Source: a virus (taxonomy: Duplodnaviria > Caudoviricetes). From it: DNA of 64,000 bases. The position numbers and the translations under genes are program-made. Within the stretch, counting starts at the first letter, position 1. Each line of letters begins with the position of its first letter. The notes beneath the pieces were generated by a model, which was given only the letters and a program-made list of their open reading frames with translations, was not told the origin of the DNA and made no database searches. The DNA is taken from positions 96,001-160,000 of the IMG/VR virus record IMGVR_UViG_3300028805_002025. The stretch is one strand, 5' to 3'. This document shows, in pieces, positions 40,133 to 50,134 of the stretch.

Positions 40133-43100
40133 TTAAAACTCCTTTATATGTTTAACTCTGTCCTTGACCTCTTCCTGCTTACCGTGATTAAAGGCCGTTG
40201 TATAATCCCCCGTGAGATAACCAGTCACTCTACGTAGTCTGCTGATGTTCTTACTTCCGCACATTGGACAAGTATCACCCATTTCATCGGTATATCCGCA
40301 GTCCTCACAGGTGTCGTTAGGGACGTTTATTGCAAAATAAGGTATGTTTTTATCCATAGCATAGAGCACAATTGCCTCCAGTGCATCCAGGTTGTGCTTA
40401 GTGGTGCTAGGAAGCTCCACATAAGTAATACATCCTGCTGTTGAGAAGCTTGTAAGTTGTGCTTCGATATCAATCTTCTGGAATGGTGACATGTCATGCC
40501 ATACTGGAACGTGCATTGAGTTAGTAAAGTACTCCCTGTCTGATACGTTAGGTATAACACCGAATCTGTCCTTGAACTTCTTCATGGCAGTGTAGCAAAG
40601 ATTCTCTGCTGGTGTAAAGTACACACCGAAGTTGAGCTTATATGTCTCTTTGAAGCCCTTAATCTTCTCACTGAACATTGTCTCAATCTCCTTGGCTACT
40701 TCCATACCCTTCTCTGTGGTGTGGTCTGTGTGTACGAGAATCTGTAGAGTCTCTGCAAGACCAAGTTGTCCAAGCGCAAGAGTACCATGCTTGAGTGCTG
40801 AGCGTATTCCCTCCTCTGGTATGTATCCAGCCATAGTTCTGTTCTCCCACATGAATCTTGCTGAAGCTGGTGACTGACTGCATATCCACTCGAATCTCTC
40901 GATGAGCATATCCTTAGCCTCGTCAATCTTCTTGTTAAGAATTTTCATAAACTCAGTGAATACCTCTTCGTCGGTATACTTTCTTTCTTCCTTGATAGCC
41001 TTCTCCTCAACCTTTTCCTTAGCCTCCATAGCAAGTGTAGGCATGATGACTGTAACAGGGCATATGTTACCCCTACCATCCTTCAACTGACCAAGACCAT
41101 TGATGTCGAAGCCATTGGCAGTTCTACAGTTATGTGTAACAGTTCCATCATTAATTATGTATAGACGGTCACCATCTAATTCAAAACCATAAAAATCACC
41201 AGAATTAACTTCTTCTACTGTAATTGTAGATGTATCAAAATTCCTCTTTGACGTACTACCAATACTTCTCTTATGTTCCATCAAATGTGGGTCATCATAT
41301 GAATGTATATTCAAATGATAATATGGCTTTAATACAGAACCTTCACATAATCCAACGCCTATAGTTTCACCTCTTGCATATATAACATTAGTATTATACC
41401 CTAATGAATCTGCAAGCCTTTTAGCTCCCTCTATTAGGTAGGTGTTTGTGTTACCAAAGCATACTGATTTTCTACCTCTTCCTGTTCTAGCCCAACCATC
41501 AGTATTAAGAAGTCCAGCAAGTAAAGCACTTCTCTGCTCCTTAGAGCCATAGAAATATTCTTCTGGTATATGTTTATTACCAATAAGGTTAAGTTCTATT
41601 AATGCCTGTCTAAACTTGTTACCCTCGTTCCTAGTATCTGAATCACAAACATCAACTAACAAACAGTTTTCACTATCCTCTTTTATTGTAAGCTTCTTAC
41701 CGATTGACTCTGCATAATCAGCTAAATCCTCAATTATCTGTGTTTCGTTTATATTAACACTAAAACGAGTATTATGTGAATTGCCGTCACCAAGCCATAA
41801 ACCAAGTATGTATGGAGGAATTAAGAATTCCTTTTCTGGTAATTCGTATGCTGACTTATAACCCTTGAAGAAACGCCTCTCATTTGCTGGAATCTCAAGA
41901 AAATCGTGAACAGATATGTTAACTTTATCTCCTTTATTAAATCCTCTATATTTTCTTGAAGCCGTATAAACAAGTGATAATATGTGTCCCTCATTCACCA
42001 CATACGATTCGGCTCTACTTTGACTAATTTTGAACAGTCTATCATTACCACGAATAAGCGATTGTACAGTTCTTACTTGGTCATTAACACCCATAATCTT
42101 ATCACCAACAACTACATCTTGAACCATTTTTTTAGTACCATCAGCCATTATAATAGGTGTGTCTTTTGCATGACAACCCATAGTGCTGAAATAAGTCCTT
42201 GGGTCGTTAGGGTCATAGCCTGCGTTACCAGTCCAATCACAGTTTGCATAGTTTGGATACAGTCTCTGTGATGTAGACTTGAGGGCTAACTTGAATAAGT
42301 CATAGTTAGGGTCTCCTTCTGCCTTGTTTACACCGTGCATCATCTGGAAGATTCCGCATGGGAAAATAGGTGTCTTATGATGTTTTCCAACTCCCTCTAT
42401 AGAGCCATCAAGAAGTGCCTTGATTACCATTCTTCCCTCTGGAAGTGTACAAGTTCCATAGTTGATAGATGTAAATGGGAGCTGGTTTCCGCTTCTGCTC
42501 TGTAATGTATTGAGGTTATGATACATACCTTCAACAGCCTGTATCAGTTCCTTCTGCGTCTGTTCAATAGCGTATGTGTATACGTTACCACTCTCCTTGT
42601 ACTTCTCGTCCTCTATGGACATTGAGTCATTAAATTCACTTAAATCCTTTACTCCTTCTATATATCTTGCTCCGTTCTTGAAATGCTTGTAGAATGATTT
42701 ACGTACATATGGGACCATCGTCCAATCAAGGTGCGTTGCCGACACGCCACCAAACTGCTGTAAACTCTGTAACTGGAAAATCACTGCAACAAGCTGCATT
42801 GCTGTATTGATACTATTTGCTGGTCTAACGTCAGTCTGTCTCGTATTGAAGCCCTTAGCAAGAAGGTCATCAAATGGAATTGAGAGACAGTTATGCATTC
42901 CAGCAGCATACGAATCCAGGTCATGAATATAGACCTCATTATTAAGGTGATTGTTTCTGGACTTCCTGGACATGCAATATTTCAATGCATAGTCCTTGAG
43001 AACCAGTCTGTTTACTTCGCCCATTCTACCGCCAAAGGAATGCTCGTCAACATTGGCGTTCTGGTTTGTCACGTTTGTGGCTAGGAGCTTCTTTGTAATG

Positions 43101-43390
43101 TCCTTGTACAGCTTGTCCTTGTTCTCACGAATCAGCTTGTGATTGTATCTGTAGATGATGTAGGCTTTTGCTACCTCTTTATCAATCTCCATCAGACACT
43201 TCTCGACGTTATCCTGTATGTCCTCCACATGTACTGTATCGTTTGACTGGATGTTGTAAATCCTTTTAATACAGTCGATTACCTTGTAATCTGGCTCTTT
43301 CCCACATGATGCAAACGCCCTTTCAATAGCACTTTCAATTTTCTGAATTTGGAACAATTCTTCTGTTTTGTCACGCTTGATTACTTGCAT
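40133..43390 (-). CDS. nrdD: class III (anaerobic) ribonucleoside-triphosphate reductase, intein-containing
   Basis: ATP-cone (VIKRD...KAYIIYR), YIHDLD, HNC, MG/CRT finger loop, TPAENLC, Zn site CEDC..CPMC and glycyl-radical RRVTGYL. Confidence 0.95.
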   Translation of the reverse strand: MQVIKRDKTEELFQIQKIESAIERAFASCGKEPDYKVIDCIKRIYNIQSNDTVHVEDIQDNVEKCLMEIDKEVAKAYIIYRYNHKLIRENKDKLYKDITKKLLATNVTNQNANVDEHSFGGRMGEVNRLVLKDYALKYCMSRKSRNNHLNNEVYIHDLDSYAAGMHNCLSIPFDDLLAKGFNTRQTDVRPANSINTAMQLVAVIFQLQSLQQFGGVSATHLDWTMVPYVRKSFYKHFKNGARYIEGVKDLSEFNDSMSIEDEKYKESGNVYTYAIEQTQKELIQAVEGMYHNLNTLQSRSGNQLPFTSINYGTCTLPEGRMVIKALLDGSIEGVGKHHKTPIFPCGIFQMMHGVNKAEGDPNYDLFKLALKSTSQRLYPNYANCDWTGNAGYDPNDPRTYFSTMGCHAKDTPIIMADGTKKMVQDVVVGDKIMGVNDQVRTVQSLIRGNDRLFKISQSRAESYVVNEGHILSLVYTASRKYRGFNKGDKVNISVHDFLEIPANERRFFKGYKSAYELPEKEFLIPPYILGLWLGDGNSHNTRFSVNINETQIIEDLADYAESIGKKLTIKEDSENCLLVDVCDSDTRNEGNKFRQALIELNLIGNKHIPEEYFYGSKEQRSALLAGLLNTDGWARTGRGRKSVCFGNTNTYLIEGAKRLADSLGYNTNVIYARGETIGVGLCEGSVLKPYYHLNIHSYDDPHLMEHKRSIGSTSKRNFDTSTITVEEVNSGDFYGFELDGDRLYIINDGTVTHNCRTANGFDINGLGQLKDGRGNICPVTVIMPTLAMEAKEKVEEKAIKEERKYTDEEVFTEFMKILNKKIDEAKDMLIERFEWICSQSPASARFMWENRTMAGYIPEEGIRSALKHGTLALGQLGLAETLQILVHTDHTTEKGMEVAKEIETMFSEKIKGFKETYKLNFGVYFTPAENLCYTAMKKFKDRFGVIPNVSDREYFTNSMHVPVWHDMSPFQKIDIEAQLTSFSTAGCITYVELPSTTKHNLDALEAIVLYAMDKNIPYFAINVPNDTCEDCGYTDEMGDTCPMCGSKNISRLRRVTGYLTGDYTTAFNHGKQEEVKDRVKHIKEF
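41129..42175 (-). mobile_element. intein with LAGLIDADG homing endonuclease (349 aa) in NrdD
   Basis: Starts CHAKDTPIIMADG after MG and ends VTHN before CRT; block B VNEGHIL; LAGLIDADG motifs YILGLWLGDG and LLAGLLNTDGW. Confidence 0.92.
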
Positions 43391-43467
43391 AAACAAAAGT
43401 TCTTTTTTTAATTAAATTATTTTCTTCTCTTTTCGGTCAACCTTTTTTTTTACCATTGCAATGTTAA

Positions 43468-43477
43468 AATAAATATA
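43468..43477 (-). promoter_or_regulatory. putative late-type motif TATATTTATT upstream of nrdD
   Basis: TATTTAT core between a terminator and nrdD; no TAnnTTTG promoter seen in this gap. Confidence 0.35.
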
Positions 43478-43507
43478 CCCTCATGGGGTAAAAATGAAGT
43501 CGATTTG

Positions 43508-43548
43508 AAAAGAAAATGGCTACCAATTTTATAACTCATTGATAGCCA
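43508..43548 (-). terminator. intrinsic terminator after the helicase
   Basis: TGGCTATCAAT-10 nt-ATTGGTAGCCA followed by TTTTCTTTT. Confidence 0.7.
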
Positions 43549-43584
43549 AATTGGTGTGGTCTAAAAAAAAATCTAAAGAAAATT

Positions 43585-44985
43585 TTAGGTATTTTTGGCA
43601 AGCTTGAATACCTCTCTTCCAAGTGCCAACCTATCCTCCTGTTCCTTCTTTTTGACCTCGTACATACTGTCATATTCGTCAACGTTATCGGTGCTGATTC
43701 TACATGTACCATTATTGAATTCCACGTTGTTAAGCACCTTTCCACTCTTACCAGCTCTGTTCTTTAGGATGGCTATTGTAGCCTTGTTATTGCTTATATC
43801 CTCCACAGTCCTGGCTATTGACATTATGACATGTGCTATTTGGGCTTTCTTGACAGAACCACCTATCTTATCCATCGTTACGAGTTCAAGGTTTATAGAG
43901 TCCTTTGTACCCTGTGATGGAATCCAGATTGCCATATCAAGCTCTCCAGCCATTGCCTCGAACCTACGCATCGTCCTACCCTCTTTCTCAAACTCGTTGG
44001 TAACTGACTTATCAGCCTCATGTTCAAGGCACTCGAAGTAATCCACAATGGTAAGGTCTGGCTTGAATCCAGTATTGATAAGCTTCTTGATGAATCTCTC
44101 AATCTGTCTTGCTGTCTTCTCACCACTTGGGAACTTGACAATTCTAAGGTTCTCTTGTAGTTTCTCTTTATCTGGGAACTGTTCAAGAGTCTGCTTCACC
44201 TGTTCTATGACACCTGGTTTTGACAAGTCCTTTGCTTCAATTCCAGTAATCCTTCCTATATGTTTTCTCTGAATCTGCTTGATTCTGTCCTCGAAGACAA
44301 TCTGCAACACCTTGAATCCACTCAATGCGGCATGTGAAGCCATAGCTGTGGTGAGACTGGTCTTACCAAAGGAAGTAGGACCGATTATAACACCTAACTC
44401 TCCCTTTCCAAGTCCACCTTCAAGAATCTCATCAATTTTTCCAATACCTGTTGGAATAGGGGTTCTGTAGTCATCAGACAGTGTTTCACTGATGTTATCG
44501 AATAGGCACTCACCAAAGTCATTGTGTATTCCCTTCGTCATCGCATCATTCAACAGGTTGACGCATGCATCATACTTATCTGAATCACCGTCACCAGCAA
44601 CCTTAAGAATTTCGTTTGCGGTCTTGATTATATTCTGTTGTCTGAAGAACTTTTCAGCAAGGTCTCTCGTCCTCTCAACACCGTTTGATGGTGCTTCCTT
44701 AACTTTCTCCAGTACAGCCAGATATGTCTCGGTTTCCTTCTCTGAGTGAGATATGTTCCTAAGCTCAATCTCCATGTAGTCGTACTTAGGAACACTACCC
44801 TCTCGCTCATAGTAGTTCTTCATCACACCCACAAACGTCTTAAGATTGGGGTCTGTGAACATATTCTGGTCTATAATAGGGCTTAAGTCCTCAAAGAAAG
44901 TGTGGTTTTCCATGAACTCATGGGCTAATTTGTACTGGTATGCTTCACCAAGATACCCTAAATTATCCTTTCTCTGTTGAGCCAT
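43585..44985 (-). CDS. dnaB: replicative DnaB-like (T4 gp41-like) helicase
   Basis: PTG...IDEILEGGL..GEL, Walker A GPTSFGKT, IVDYFE, PSQ and LKNRAG motifs. Confidence 0.9.
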   Translation of the reverse strand: MAQQRKDNLGYLGEAYQYKLAHEFMENHTFFEDLSPIIDQNMFTDPNLKTFVGVMKNYYEREGSVPKYDYMEIELRNISHSEKETETYLAVLEKVKEAPSNGVERTRDLAEKFFRQQNIIKTANEILKVAGDGDSDKYDACVNLLNDAMTKGIHNDFGECLFDNISETLSDDYRTPIPTGIGKIDEILEGGLGKGELGVIIGPTSFGKTSLTTAMASHAALSGFKVLQIVFEDRIKQIQRKHIGRITGIEAKDLSKPGVIEQVKQTLEQFPDKEKLQENLRIVKFPSGEKTARQIERFIKKLINTGFKPDLTIVDYFECLEHEADKSVTNEFEKEGRTMRRFEAMAGELDMAIWIPSQGTKDSINLELVTMDKIGGSVKKAQIAHVIMSIARTVEDISNNKATIAILKNRAGKSGKVLNNVEFNNGTCRISTDNVDEYDSMYEVKKKEQEDRLALGREVFKLAKNT

Positions 44986-45000
44986 CGTATAAACCTCCTA

Positions 45001-45822
45001 TTAATAATATAAAGACCTTAGATACTTTTTAGTTTTCTCTGCTACCGCACGTCCCCATGCGTTTTCATTCCTCTTATTTGCAAGATACAGACTGTAAGCA
45101 TACTTTTTAGGCTTACCAATCTTCTTGCACACTACAGTCCCATCCTCTGCCGTTTCCTTGGTTGAACCTGGAAAGTACTCTTCCACAGTGGTGAACTGGC
45201 TAAGATACTTGGAGTTGTCCTTTGGGTCAAAGTAACCCTTCTCCTTGATTTCCTCACGTGATGGTGAGCAAGCCTCACAAATCTTCTTGGTAATCTGTAA
45301 GAGCACGTCTGGTTTGTCGGTAATCATGCTTCTCAATACCTCATGCTCAAATGATAGCCTACCCTCATTTACCTTAAAGAAAGACTCCTTGTCGTAAACG
45401 AATGTCTGCCCGTCCTTTCCAGTCACCTTCACGCTCTTGTTGCTTAGGTCTACCTTTTCACGGATTGCCTTAGGATATGCATAGCCATCCCAGATTCTTG
45501 TGATGACATCACGCTTGTTGTCCGACACTACGAACTTGAAGGTGCAAGCCCAAGGCTCAATCAACTTGGAATCGAATTCGTCTCCTGGCACTGGGTCTGC
45601 TGGATTGTAGTAATACCATGTGTAAACTCTACTCTTTGATTTCAAGTCATCATCTATTAATTTGACGATTTCATCGACCTTTAACTTGAAATCCAAGGTG
45701 TTCATACTGTTCTCGATGAAGTTGAAGATTCTAAAGTTTCTCTTACAAATGATGTTGTCATTAACGTAGAGTGTGAACTCAAATCTTTCTTCTTTGTAAT
45801 CCTTTTCCTTAATTACTTCCAT
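45001..45822 (-). CDS. hypothetical protein
   Basis: 273 aa, co-transcribed with the helicase. Confidence 0.6.
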   Translation of the reverse strand: MEVIKEKDYKEERFEFTLYVNDNIICKRNFRIFNFIENSMNTLDFKLKVDEIVKLIDDDLKSKSRVYTWYYYNPADPVPGDEFDSKLIEPWACTFKFVVSDNKRDVITRIWDGYAYPKAIREKVDLSNKSVKVTGKDGQTFVYDKESFFKVNEGRLSFEHEVLRSMITDKPDVLLQITKKICEACSPSREEIKEKGYFDPKDNSKYLSQFTTVEEYFPGSTKETAEDGTVVCKKIGKPKKYAYSLYLANKRNENAWGRAVAEKTKKYLRSLYY

Positions 45823-45884
45823 AAATTAAAATGTTAAGTTAAACAATAAAAAAATATTTCACAAATCAATTTCAGTTTTCTGAA

Positions 45885-45917
45885 GCAAAGATATATAAAA
45901 AATGTTAAAAAAACAAA
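45885..45917 (-). promoter_or_regulatory. Bacteroidetes-type promoter
   Basis: TTTG-tttttttaacattttttata-TATCTTTGC, 20-nt spacing. Confidence 0.8.
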
Positions 45918-45936
45918 TTTTTAACTAAAAAAATTT

Positions 45937-46299
45937 TCAGATACCAAAATATTCGTATACATCATTTATCTTAAAATTACGTTTGGTAGTACCCTTACCA
46001 TTAAGTTTCTCTATAGCATATTTTTCAAAACTATAAAACCAATCTCTATCACTTGAAACATTGAATGAAACAATATATGGATTATTCACACAAAGTCTTA
46101 TACACTCTATGGGAACTTTATTAGTCATAACTTCTGGATAATAGTGGAACAAAAGTCTGAGACGAGTCATATCCCTTATTCTACCCTGCTGTTTCAACTC
46201 CTTGTATAAACGCTTGATGGAAACACACCTAACCTCCAAATCAGTGAAACTCTCACTATTGGGGTTAATATTACTCACAATTTCTTTTATACTCTTCAT
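45937..46299 (-). CDS. hypothetical protein
   Basis: 120 aa, overlaps the exonuclease 3' end. Confidence 0.55.
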   Translation of the reverse strand: MKSIKEIVSNINPNSESFTDLEVRCVSIKRLYKELKQQGRIRDMTRLRLLFHYYPEVMTNKVPIECIRLCVNNPYIVSFNVSSDRDWFYSFEKYAIEKLNGKGTTKRNFKINDVYEYFGI

Positions 46300-47437
46300 A
46301 TCTCTTATTCTCCATTAAAATTATACGACCATATGGTGCTAAAACGTCACCGAACTTTGTCTCATCTAATAAATCAAACATCCTGTTGTCATTCACAATC
46401 TTATAGGCGGTCTTTGCGTTCCTGTTACTAGTGTCTATTGGTGCATACAACACATCATTCAACTCCTCAGCAGCCTCCTTGGTTAACAATGGTTCTGACA
46501 GGTCTATAATTTTCCTGTTAATCTCATACAGTTTATCCCCCTGGCAACCATCTGTGACCCCGTTAATAATGTTTTCGAGCACTTTGAGAGGTTTTTGCTT
46601 GTGCTGCTTTCTCTCCTCCAGTATTTCCTTCGAACGCCCTATGATGAAGTCCAAATCAATCTTCCTGTCAACAATCTCTGGGAAATACTTAATGAGTGTC
46701 TGCTGACCAACTCCCTTTACCCCCTTTATGTTATCAGACGGGTCTCCACAAAGCATTTTTTCCAAGACAATATTCTCATGTGTAATACCAAGTACCTTAA
46801 TTGTATCGGTATCCTTGATTAAATCCCTCTTATTCGGTATATACACACATACATTCTCTGATATAAGCTGTGTTAGGTCTCTATCTGAGGAGAATATAAC
46901 AATCTTCTCATTGTCCTTCCTGTTCTTCACATAGTTGGCGATAAGGTCATCACCCTCAACGTTCTCGAACTCATACTGCCTTACACACAGTTCCTCCAGC
47001 ATGGTCTGGATTATATACTTCTGGCTTTCAAACAGCTCATCTTCTATTTCCTTCTCAGACTTTTTCTTCTTACTAGCATATACAGCTTTCTGAAAGTTCT
47101 CTATATACTTGTCATAATCTGTCTTCTCAGTGGCATTGTTCTCATAGTTCTTACCACGATTAGCCTTATAGTCCTCGTAGTACTTCCATCTTAGGACACC
47201 AGAACCCTTTCCGTCCCAGCACACTATGCAGTAGTTAAAATCCTTCCTCTTCAACAGTTCTCCAAGCAGGCGTATAAATGTGAATACTGCCCCATATACC
47301 TCTCCCCTGTCATTCATTCTTCTATCAACCAGGGAGATTTTAAGTAAATTTGTTCCATCAACCACCAATGTATATAACCATTTGTTAGTTGTGATATTAT
47401 TTGCCTCAGCAACTCTTTTCTTTATAGGCTGTCTCAT
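46271..47437 (-). CDS. 5'-3' exonuclease / flap endonuclease (T4 RNase H or PolA N-terminal-like)
   Basis: VVDGTN, WDG, YKANR, EGDD, SSDRDLTQL and H3TH motif GDPSDNIKGVKGVG. Confidence 0.9.
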   Translation of the reverse strand: MRQPIKKRVAEANNITTNKWLYTLVVDGTNLLKISLVDRRMNDRGEVYGAVFTFIRLLGELLKRKDFNYCIVCWDGKGSGVLRWKYYEDYKANRGKNYENNATEKTDYDKYIENFQKAVYASKKKKSEKEIEDELFESQKYIIQTMLEELCVRQYEFENVEGDDLIANYVKNRKDNEKIVIFSSDRDLTQLISENVCVYIPNKRDLIKDTDTIKVLGITHENIVLEKMLCGDPSDNIKGVKGVGQQTLIKYFPEIVDRKIDLDFIIGRSKEILEERKQHKQKPLKVLENIINGVTDGCQGDKLYEINRKIIDLSEPLLTKEAAEELNDVLYAPIDTSNRNAKTAYKIVNDNRMFDLLDETKFGDVLAPYGRIILMENKRYEEYKRNCE

Positions 47438-47452
47438 TATCTTTTATTTAAT

Positions 47453-47485
47453 GCAAAGATATATAAAAAAAGTTAAAAAACCAAA
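47453..47485 (-). promoter_or_regulatory. Bacteroidetes-type promoter
   Basis: TTTG-gttttttaactttttttata-TATCTTTGC, 20-nt spacing. Confidence 0.8.
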
Positions 47486-47493
47486 TTTTTAAG

Positions 47494-47502
47494 GTATTTA
47501 TT
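47494..47502 (+). promoter_or_regulatory. putative late-promoter motif GTATTTATT for the plus-strand gene
   Basis: TATTTAT core ~18 nt upstream of ATG 47521, on the plus strand like the gene. Confidence 0.45.
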
Positions 47503-47520
47503 GTTAAAAATCATATTTTA

Positions 47521-50031
47521 ATGGAAAGGAATATAAATGATAATTTCATTGAAGATATAATCAAGGAAATGTTTCGTGGTACTAACGAAGCATTATTGTC
47601 TGAAGTAGATACAGCCGCTATTACTATGGCTAAACAAGACCTCAGCAATAAATTTGAAAAATATCTCAATGACCCAGAAGCTAAGAAAAGAACACAGAAC
47701 CTGGCGAAGAACTATGGTGTAAACTTGGATAGGGGAGCTGAGCGTAAAGCATACAAGGACAGTATGCTTGGTGTCACTAACTCTGATGACCCAAATACTG
47801 TAGTTCCAAAGGGTTCATATGAGAAAGCAGTTGATACTATCGGTGGTGAATTAAAAGATGCTCTTAGAGACTACAACATATGGGTAGACCCTAAGACCCC
47901 TAAAGAAGTAAGGGCTGAACTTGGTAAGAAATGGGGTGGATTCGCTGGCTTCCAAAGATACAAGGATATTGCAGATAAAATGTCTCTTACCCCTGCTTAC
48001 GACCAACAACACGCTAAAGAAGCTGGCATTAATGTAGCACCATTTGGAACTAACTATCAGACAGTAGCCCCTAATGGTGAAATGTCTCTTACCCCTAATA
48101 AACCTGTATCAACTCCAGAGAAGGTTAACAAGTCTGGTGAGGTGGTTAGACCTTTTAAGCCTGCTGACGCTGTTACTGGTTATGATTTCGAGAATCTTGA
48201 CCTAACTAATGTACCAGACAAGGACATTATAAAGTACTTCAAGACTGGAACTAGAAAAGACCATCCATACGATGAAAAGACTGGTGAGAGGACAAACCCT
48301 AACAAGAACAGAACATATGCTGAACTTGCTAACATGGCAGATAAGGGTAACAAGAGGGCAATGTCTGACCTAAAGAACCTATATTTCAAGGCAATGTTTA
48401 ATAAATTGCTCAACAGTAAATTCGGTTATGACTTCAAGATGCCTACATCAATGTATACCTATGGTAACGCAAAACTTCCAAACGATACATTGGTGATTAA
48501 CTTTACTACAGCACACAGATGCCCAGCATGGAACGACTGTCTTGTTGGATATGCCTGCTATGCAAGAGGCTCAGAGCATAACTACGAAGGACTACATAAG
48601 AAGAACTCAAACCTTCACCTCATGTGGTCATCAGCTAAACATGACAGTAGCCTTCTTAATGCAATGTTCAACGTCATAAAGATGCACCTTATTAATCCTG
48701 GTAACATAGCTACTTCGCTTCTAAATGACCCAAATACACAAGGGAAATGGTTTGAAATACTTGGTGATAAGGAAGCCAATTTTACACCATTGAACAAGAA
48801 GACCTTAATTGGCATGACCCCTAAAACGCAGAACACGCTTGCAATGCCTAGTAAGAACGAGCCAGAAGAGGATGAAATGCCAACTGAAGGTAGAACGCTT
48901 CTAGGACAGGCACTACAGGAGGTTATGGGCGAAGCTGGTAGAAATACTGGTCTTCCTAAAGCACCTAAGAAACCTAAAGGTGCTAGAGACAATCTCGCTG
49001 GACTCATATTCACGCATAAGTTCCAGGATTTGTTCGATGAGAAAGATATTGAGGTTATCAAGAATAAACCAAACTCTTTCAGAGCTAAGTTCATAAGGCT
49101 CAATGAGGAAGGTGACTTTATCGGACAATGGCTTCTCGATGCATTTGATGAATTTGCTGGAGAATTGAAAGTACTTGGTATCAGTACTGCCGCATATACA
49201 TGTAGAAATCTTAATTTCACAAAGATACAGAATATAATAATCAACGCTTCCACCATGAATGTTGGAACAGGCGGTGAAGAAGACGGAAACGTTTCGAATG
49301 CTATAGCAAGAAGATTCTTTGCTGTAAGCTCAGAACTTTATAACCGCCTTGATGACACATATGTACCTACTGGAAGGAAGATTAACTACATCGTACCAGA
49401 CGGTAAAATACCTAAGGGTGAATATGATGGAAAGAAACCTCTTGTACCGTTGCACGAAACTGGAGACGGTCTGCATGTTAAGTACAACTTGAAAGCATTT
49501 ACCAACGGTGAGGACACCACTAATCCAGAAACGTTCAATGACAGATTCGACCCTAACGGCTCTACAATTAAACGTAGACTGTACTACAAGTGCCCTTGTG
49601 GAAGACATGGTGATGTTCTTGGCGACAACGGTAAACCTTTAAAGATGGACTGCTATTTGTGTAGAATGTGTTATGAACCTAAAGACCAAAAAGTCGGTGA
49701 AATATATGTGCTTGTTGAAGTTCATGGAGATAATATAGATTCTTTCGATATGAACAAAGCAAACCAGCAACGTGGAATAAGCAACAACATGGCTACATAC
49801 AGAGAGGCTAAAGCAATATTTGCCAACAGGCTATGCGAGGAGCATAAGCAGGCTGAGGAAAAAGGTCTTGAATTAGTTGGGCAGAACATAATAGAAAGTG
49901 TTAAAAACAGATTATCAAAAATAGGTAATAAAGCGTTGGATGAGATACCAATGGAGTCCAAGAAGTTCAACGACATGGTTAAGCTTATAGAGAAAGCAGA
50001 TAAAAACAGAGGTAATAAGATAATAGATTAA
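47521..50031 (+). CDS. large protein with a gp88-like (mycobacteriophage gene product 88 type) Cys-rich domain
   Basis: GNAKL...F...HRCPAWNDC...ACYA, FIRLNEEGDF, AAYT, IINAS and C-terminal CPC...CYLCRMC resemble the gp88 family pattern from memory. Confidence 0.5.
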   Translation: MERNINDNFIEDIIKEMFRGTNEALLSEVDTAAITMAKQDLSNKFEKYLNDPEAKKRTQNLAKNYGVNLDRGAERKAYKDSMLGVTNSDDPNTVVPKGSYEKAVDTIGGELKDALRDYNIWVDPKTPKEVRAELGKKWGGFAGFQRYKDIADKMSLTPAYDQQHAKEAGINVAPFGTNYQTVAPNGEMSLTPNKPVSTPEKVNKSGEVVRPFKPADAVTGYDFENLDLTNVPDKDIIKYFKTGTRKDHPYDEKTGERTNPNKNRTYAELANMADKGNKRAMSDLKNLYFKAMFNKLLNSKFGYDFKMPTSMYTYGNAKLPNDTLVINFTTAHRCPAWNDCLVGYACYARGSEHNYEGLHKKNSNLHLMWSSAKHDSSLLNAMFNVIKMHLINPGNIATSLLNDPNTQGKWFEILGDKEANFTPLNKKTLIGMTPKTQNTLAMPSKNEPEEDEMPTEGRTLLGQALQEVMGEAGRNTGLPKAPKKPKGARDNLAGLIFTHKFQDLFDEKDIEVIKNKPNSFRAKFIRLNEEGDFIGQWLLDAFDEFAGELKVLGISTAAYTCRNLNFTKIQNIIINASTMNVGTGGEEDGNVSNAIARRFFAVSSELYNRLDDTYVPTGRKINYIVPDGKIPKGEYDGKKPLVPLHETGDGLHVKYNLKAFTNGEDTTNPETFNDRFDPNGSTIKRRLYYKCPCGRHGDVLGDNGKPLKMDCYLCRMCYEPKDQKVGEIYVLVEVHGDNIDSFDMNKANQQRGISNNMATYREAKAIFANRLCEEHKQAEEKGLELVGQNIIESVKNRLSKIGNKALDEIPMESKKFNDMVKLIEKADKNRGNKIID

Positions 50032-50131
50032 TAAAAAAGGGTAGGAAAAGAACTCTTCCTACCCTTAACGTTATCAACAATCAAACAACGATTAGATTTT
50101 AAGGTTAATCTAAAAAACCAACTCAAACAAC
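50032..50131 (-). ncRNA. putative ~100-nt small RNA
   Basis: Consensus promoter at 50135-50167 points into an ATG-free region that ends at a minus-strand terminator; internal 12-nt direct repeat and hairpin. Confidence 0.5.
50033..50066 (-). terminator. intrinsic terminator (T-run on the minus strand; may also stop the convergent plus-strand gene)
   Basis: AAGGGTAGGAAGAG-TT-CTTTTCCTACCCTT followed by TTTT. Confidence 0.8.
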
Positions 50132-50134
50132 GAT

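Noticed and set aside
43397-43584. NrdR box or structured ncRNA upstream of nrdD
   Set aside because: No NrdR-box match recognised; the region is explained by a terminator, a TATTTAT motif and only a short TACCC/GGGTA hairpin
48180-49976. Antisense and alternative-frame ORFs from the six-frame track (here and e.g. 54582-55043)
   Set aside because: Fully nested in long genes, no motifs or promoters; expected shadow ORFs
50081-50134. CRISPR mini-array
   Set aside because: Only two 12-bp repeats, too short for a CRISPR repeat, and no cas genes in the window; kept only as part of the sRNA candidate
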